Shown here: piece by piece, positions 62,401 through 64,000 of the stretch | How positions within the stretch are numbered: position 1 is the stretch's first letter | Layout of the letters: each line of letters begins with the position of its first letter | Assembly: GCA_047495785.1 (NCBI GenBank) | Contig: JBLDXI010000002.1 | Location: forward strand, 2,666,001-2,730,000 | Direction: 5' to 3' | DNA from: Lepidodermella squamata | Taxonomy: Eukaryota > Animalia > Gastrotricha | Length of the DNA stretch: 64,000 nt | Made by a program: the position numbers and the translations under genes | The notes under the pieces: model-generated | Told to the model about the DNA's origin: nothing | Databases searched by the model: none | The model's input: the letters and a program-made list of their open reading frames with translations, nothing else

Positions 62401-64000
62401 CACTGTTCGAAACTTGCCGAAGTGTTCGAAGGTGATATCGACCCGGTCATGCAATCGCTCGGCTACTGCTGTGGCCGGAAACACGCTTTCGTGCCACAGG
62501 CGTTGTGCTGCCAGGGCAAGCCGTTGTGCGCGATCCCGCGCGACGCCGTCTACTACCACTTCGAGATGAAGTACCTCTTTTGCGACAAGTGTTTCCAGGA
62601 GCAGAAGAACGACGAGGTGGAGGTGTTGGACGAACAGACGCAGGAGCAGCGGCGCATTGCCAAGTCGCTGTTCAAGCAGGACAAGAACAACCACATCGAG
62701 TACGAGCCCATCATCGACTGCACACGGTGTGGCAGGCGGTTCCACCGCATCTGCGCGCTCTACATCGGCCCGGGCGCCATGACCGGTGACTGCGACGACT
62801 TCGAATGCGAAGGCTGTATGCGAGCGAGAAACGCCCCGAAACGAGAATACAAATATACCTCTAAAAGTGAGTTCATTCGACTTGTTTTTTAAACTGGATT
62901 TTTTCAAATTTCTTCGTGATCACTAATACCGAAAAATGAATACTAAAAACTGGCACTAGGCTACAAAATTCTCTATACAATTTTATTAAGGAGGACTTTT
63001 TATTTTCATTATTTCTTCTATTTTCTCTGGGCTATGCCTCTTGAACTCATCTAAACGGGCTCCCGTGGATTTGGCACCCCATATTTAGGATTCACTTTTG
63101 GTCTAATTTTATCTGTAAATGAACACTCGTTTAAATTATTGTGTTTTTCTTAATTTCAGAGCTTCCGCAAAACAGGCTGAGCAAACACATCGAAGATCGA
63201 GTCAATCAATTTTTGCGCGAGCAAAAGTCGACGCACGCGCCCATCACGCTGCGGGTTCTCTCGTCGATGGACAAGTACGTCGAGGTGAAGAGCGGCATGC
63301 GGACGCGGTACCCCGACGCGCTGCCGCCGCAGATCAAGTACCGGTCGAAGGCGATGTTCGCCTTCCAAGAGATCAACGGCGTCGAAGTCATGTTCTTCGG
63401 CATGCACGTGCAGGAGTACGACCACGACGCGCCGCCGTGCAATCAGCGCCGCGTCTACATCTCCTACCTCGACTCGGTCAAGTTTTTCCAGCCGCACCAG
63501 CTGCGGACAGACGTGTACCACAAAATCCTGATCGCGTACCTCGAGTACGTCCGCGAACTCGGCTACGTGTGGGGCCACATCTGGGCGTGTCCGCCCGGCG
63601 AAGGCGACGACTACATCTTTCACTGCCACCCGCCGGACCAGAAGATCCCGAAGCCGAAACGGCTGCAGGAGTGGTACAAGCGCATGCTGGATAAGGCTGT
63701 GCAAGAAAAGGTCATCCTCGAGTACCGCGACATCTTCCACTGGTGTAACGAGAAGGGCGTGAAGAACCCGTACGAAATCGCGTACTTCGAAGGCGACTAC
63801 TGGCCGAACATTCTCGAAGAAACCGTTCGAGAACTCGAAACCGAAGAGCGGAAACGGCAGGAGGAGCAGGAGAAACTGCAAGCCCTGGCCGGGTCTGACT
63901 CGGACGGCGATGACGACTCGCAGGAGGCGGTGCAGGGTCCGAAAGTCAAGAAAACAAAACTCGTGAAAACAAAATCGAAAAAGAAGACGATGGGCGCGTC
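59449..64000 (+). CDS. CREBBP: CBP/p300 histone acetyltransferase (5' part; continues past window). Exons 59449-60171, 60230-60938, 61136-62866, 63160->64000
   Basis: Q/P/G-rich N-terminus; TAZ1 [20 protein letters not shown]; [14 protein letters not shown]; bromodomain FRQPVD..LGIPDY..PMDLSTI..NAWLYN; RING/PHD; [43 protein letters not shown]. Confidence 0.97.

Noticed and set aside
62158-63881. Long antisense ORFs over CBP (also over LIG1 and RhoGAP)
   Set aside because: These are shadow ORFs caused by GC-rich codon usage on the coding strand and carry no recognisable motifs.
1-64000. tRNA/rRNA genes
   Set aside because: None recognised by eye; tRNAscan-SE or Infernal would be needed to exclude them.

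Overview
This is eukaryotic (metazoan) genomic DNA from a compact genome with mostly 45-60 nt introns. The Pro-Ala type nAChR-like subunit suggests a spiralian/lophotrochozoan, but the taxon cannot be fixed from sequence alone. Contents from left to right: (1) Two tandem ankyrin-repeat genes with signal peptides; the complete copy has a GPI-like tail. (2) Four tandem pepsin-family aspartic proteases with almost no prosegment, interrupted by transposon debris (LINE 3' end, P-element-type transposase relic). (3) A 3-LIM protein. (4) Two divergent, very tightly packed housekeeping runs, TMEM19-LIG1 on - and GGNBP2a-GGNBP2b-D2HGDH-SLC36 on +, which look like trans-spliced operons. (5) A B-box/coiled-coil/NHR-like protein with a LIR motif. 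(6) An anion-type nAChR-like subunit that needs a 4-nt microexon. (7) A signal-peptide/GPI-tailed flavin amine oxidase with altered active-site motifs. (8) A cluster of 3-4 secreted PDGF/VEGF-like genes with a reduced cystine knot. (9) An ARHGAP6-like RhoGAP. (10) The 5' part of CBP/p300. All gene models were spliced by eye and family calls rest on recalled motifs; no database searches were run.
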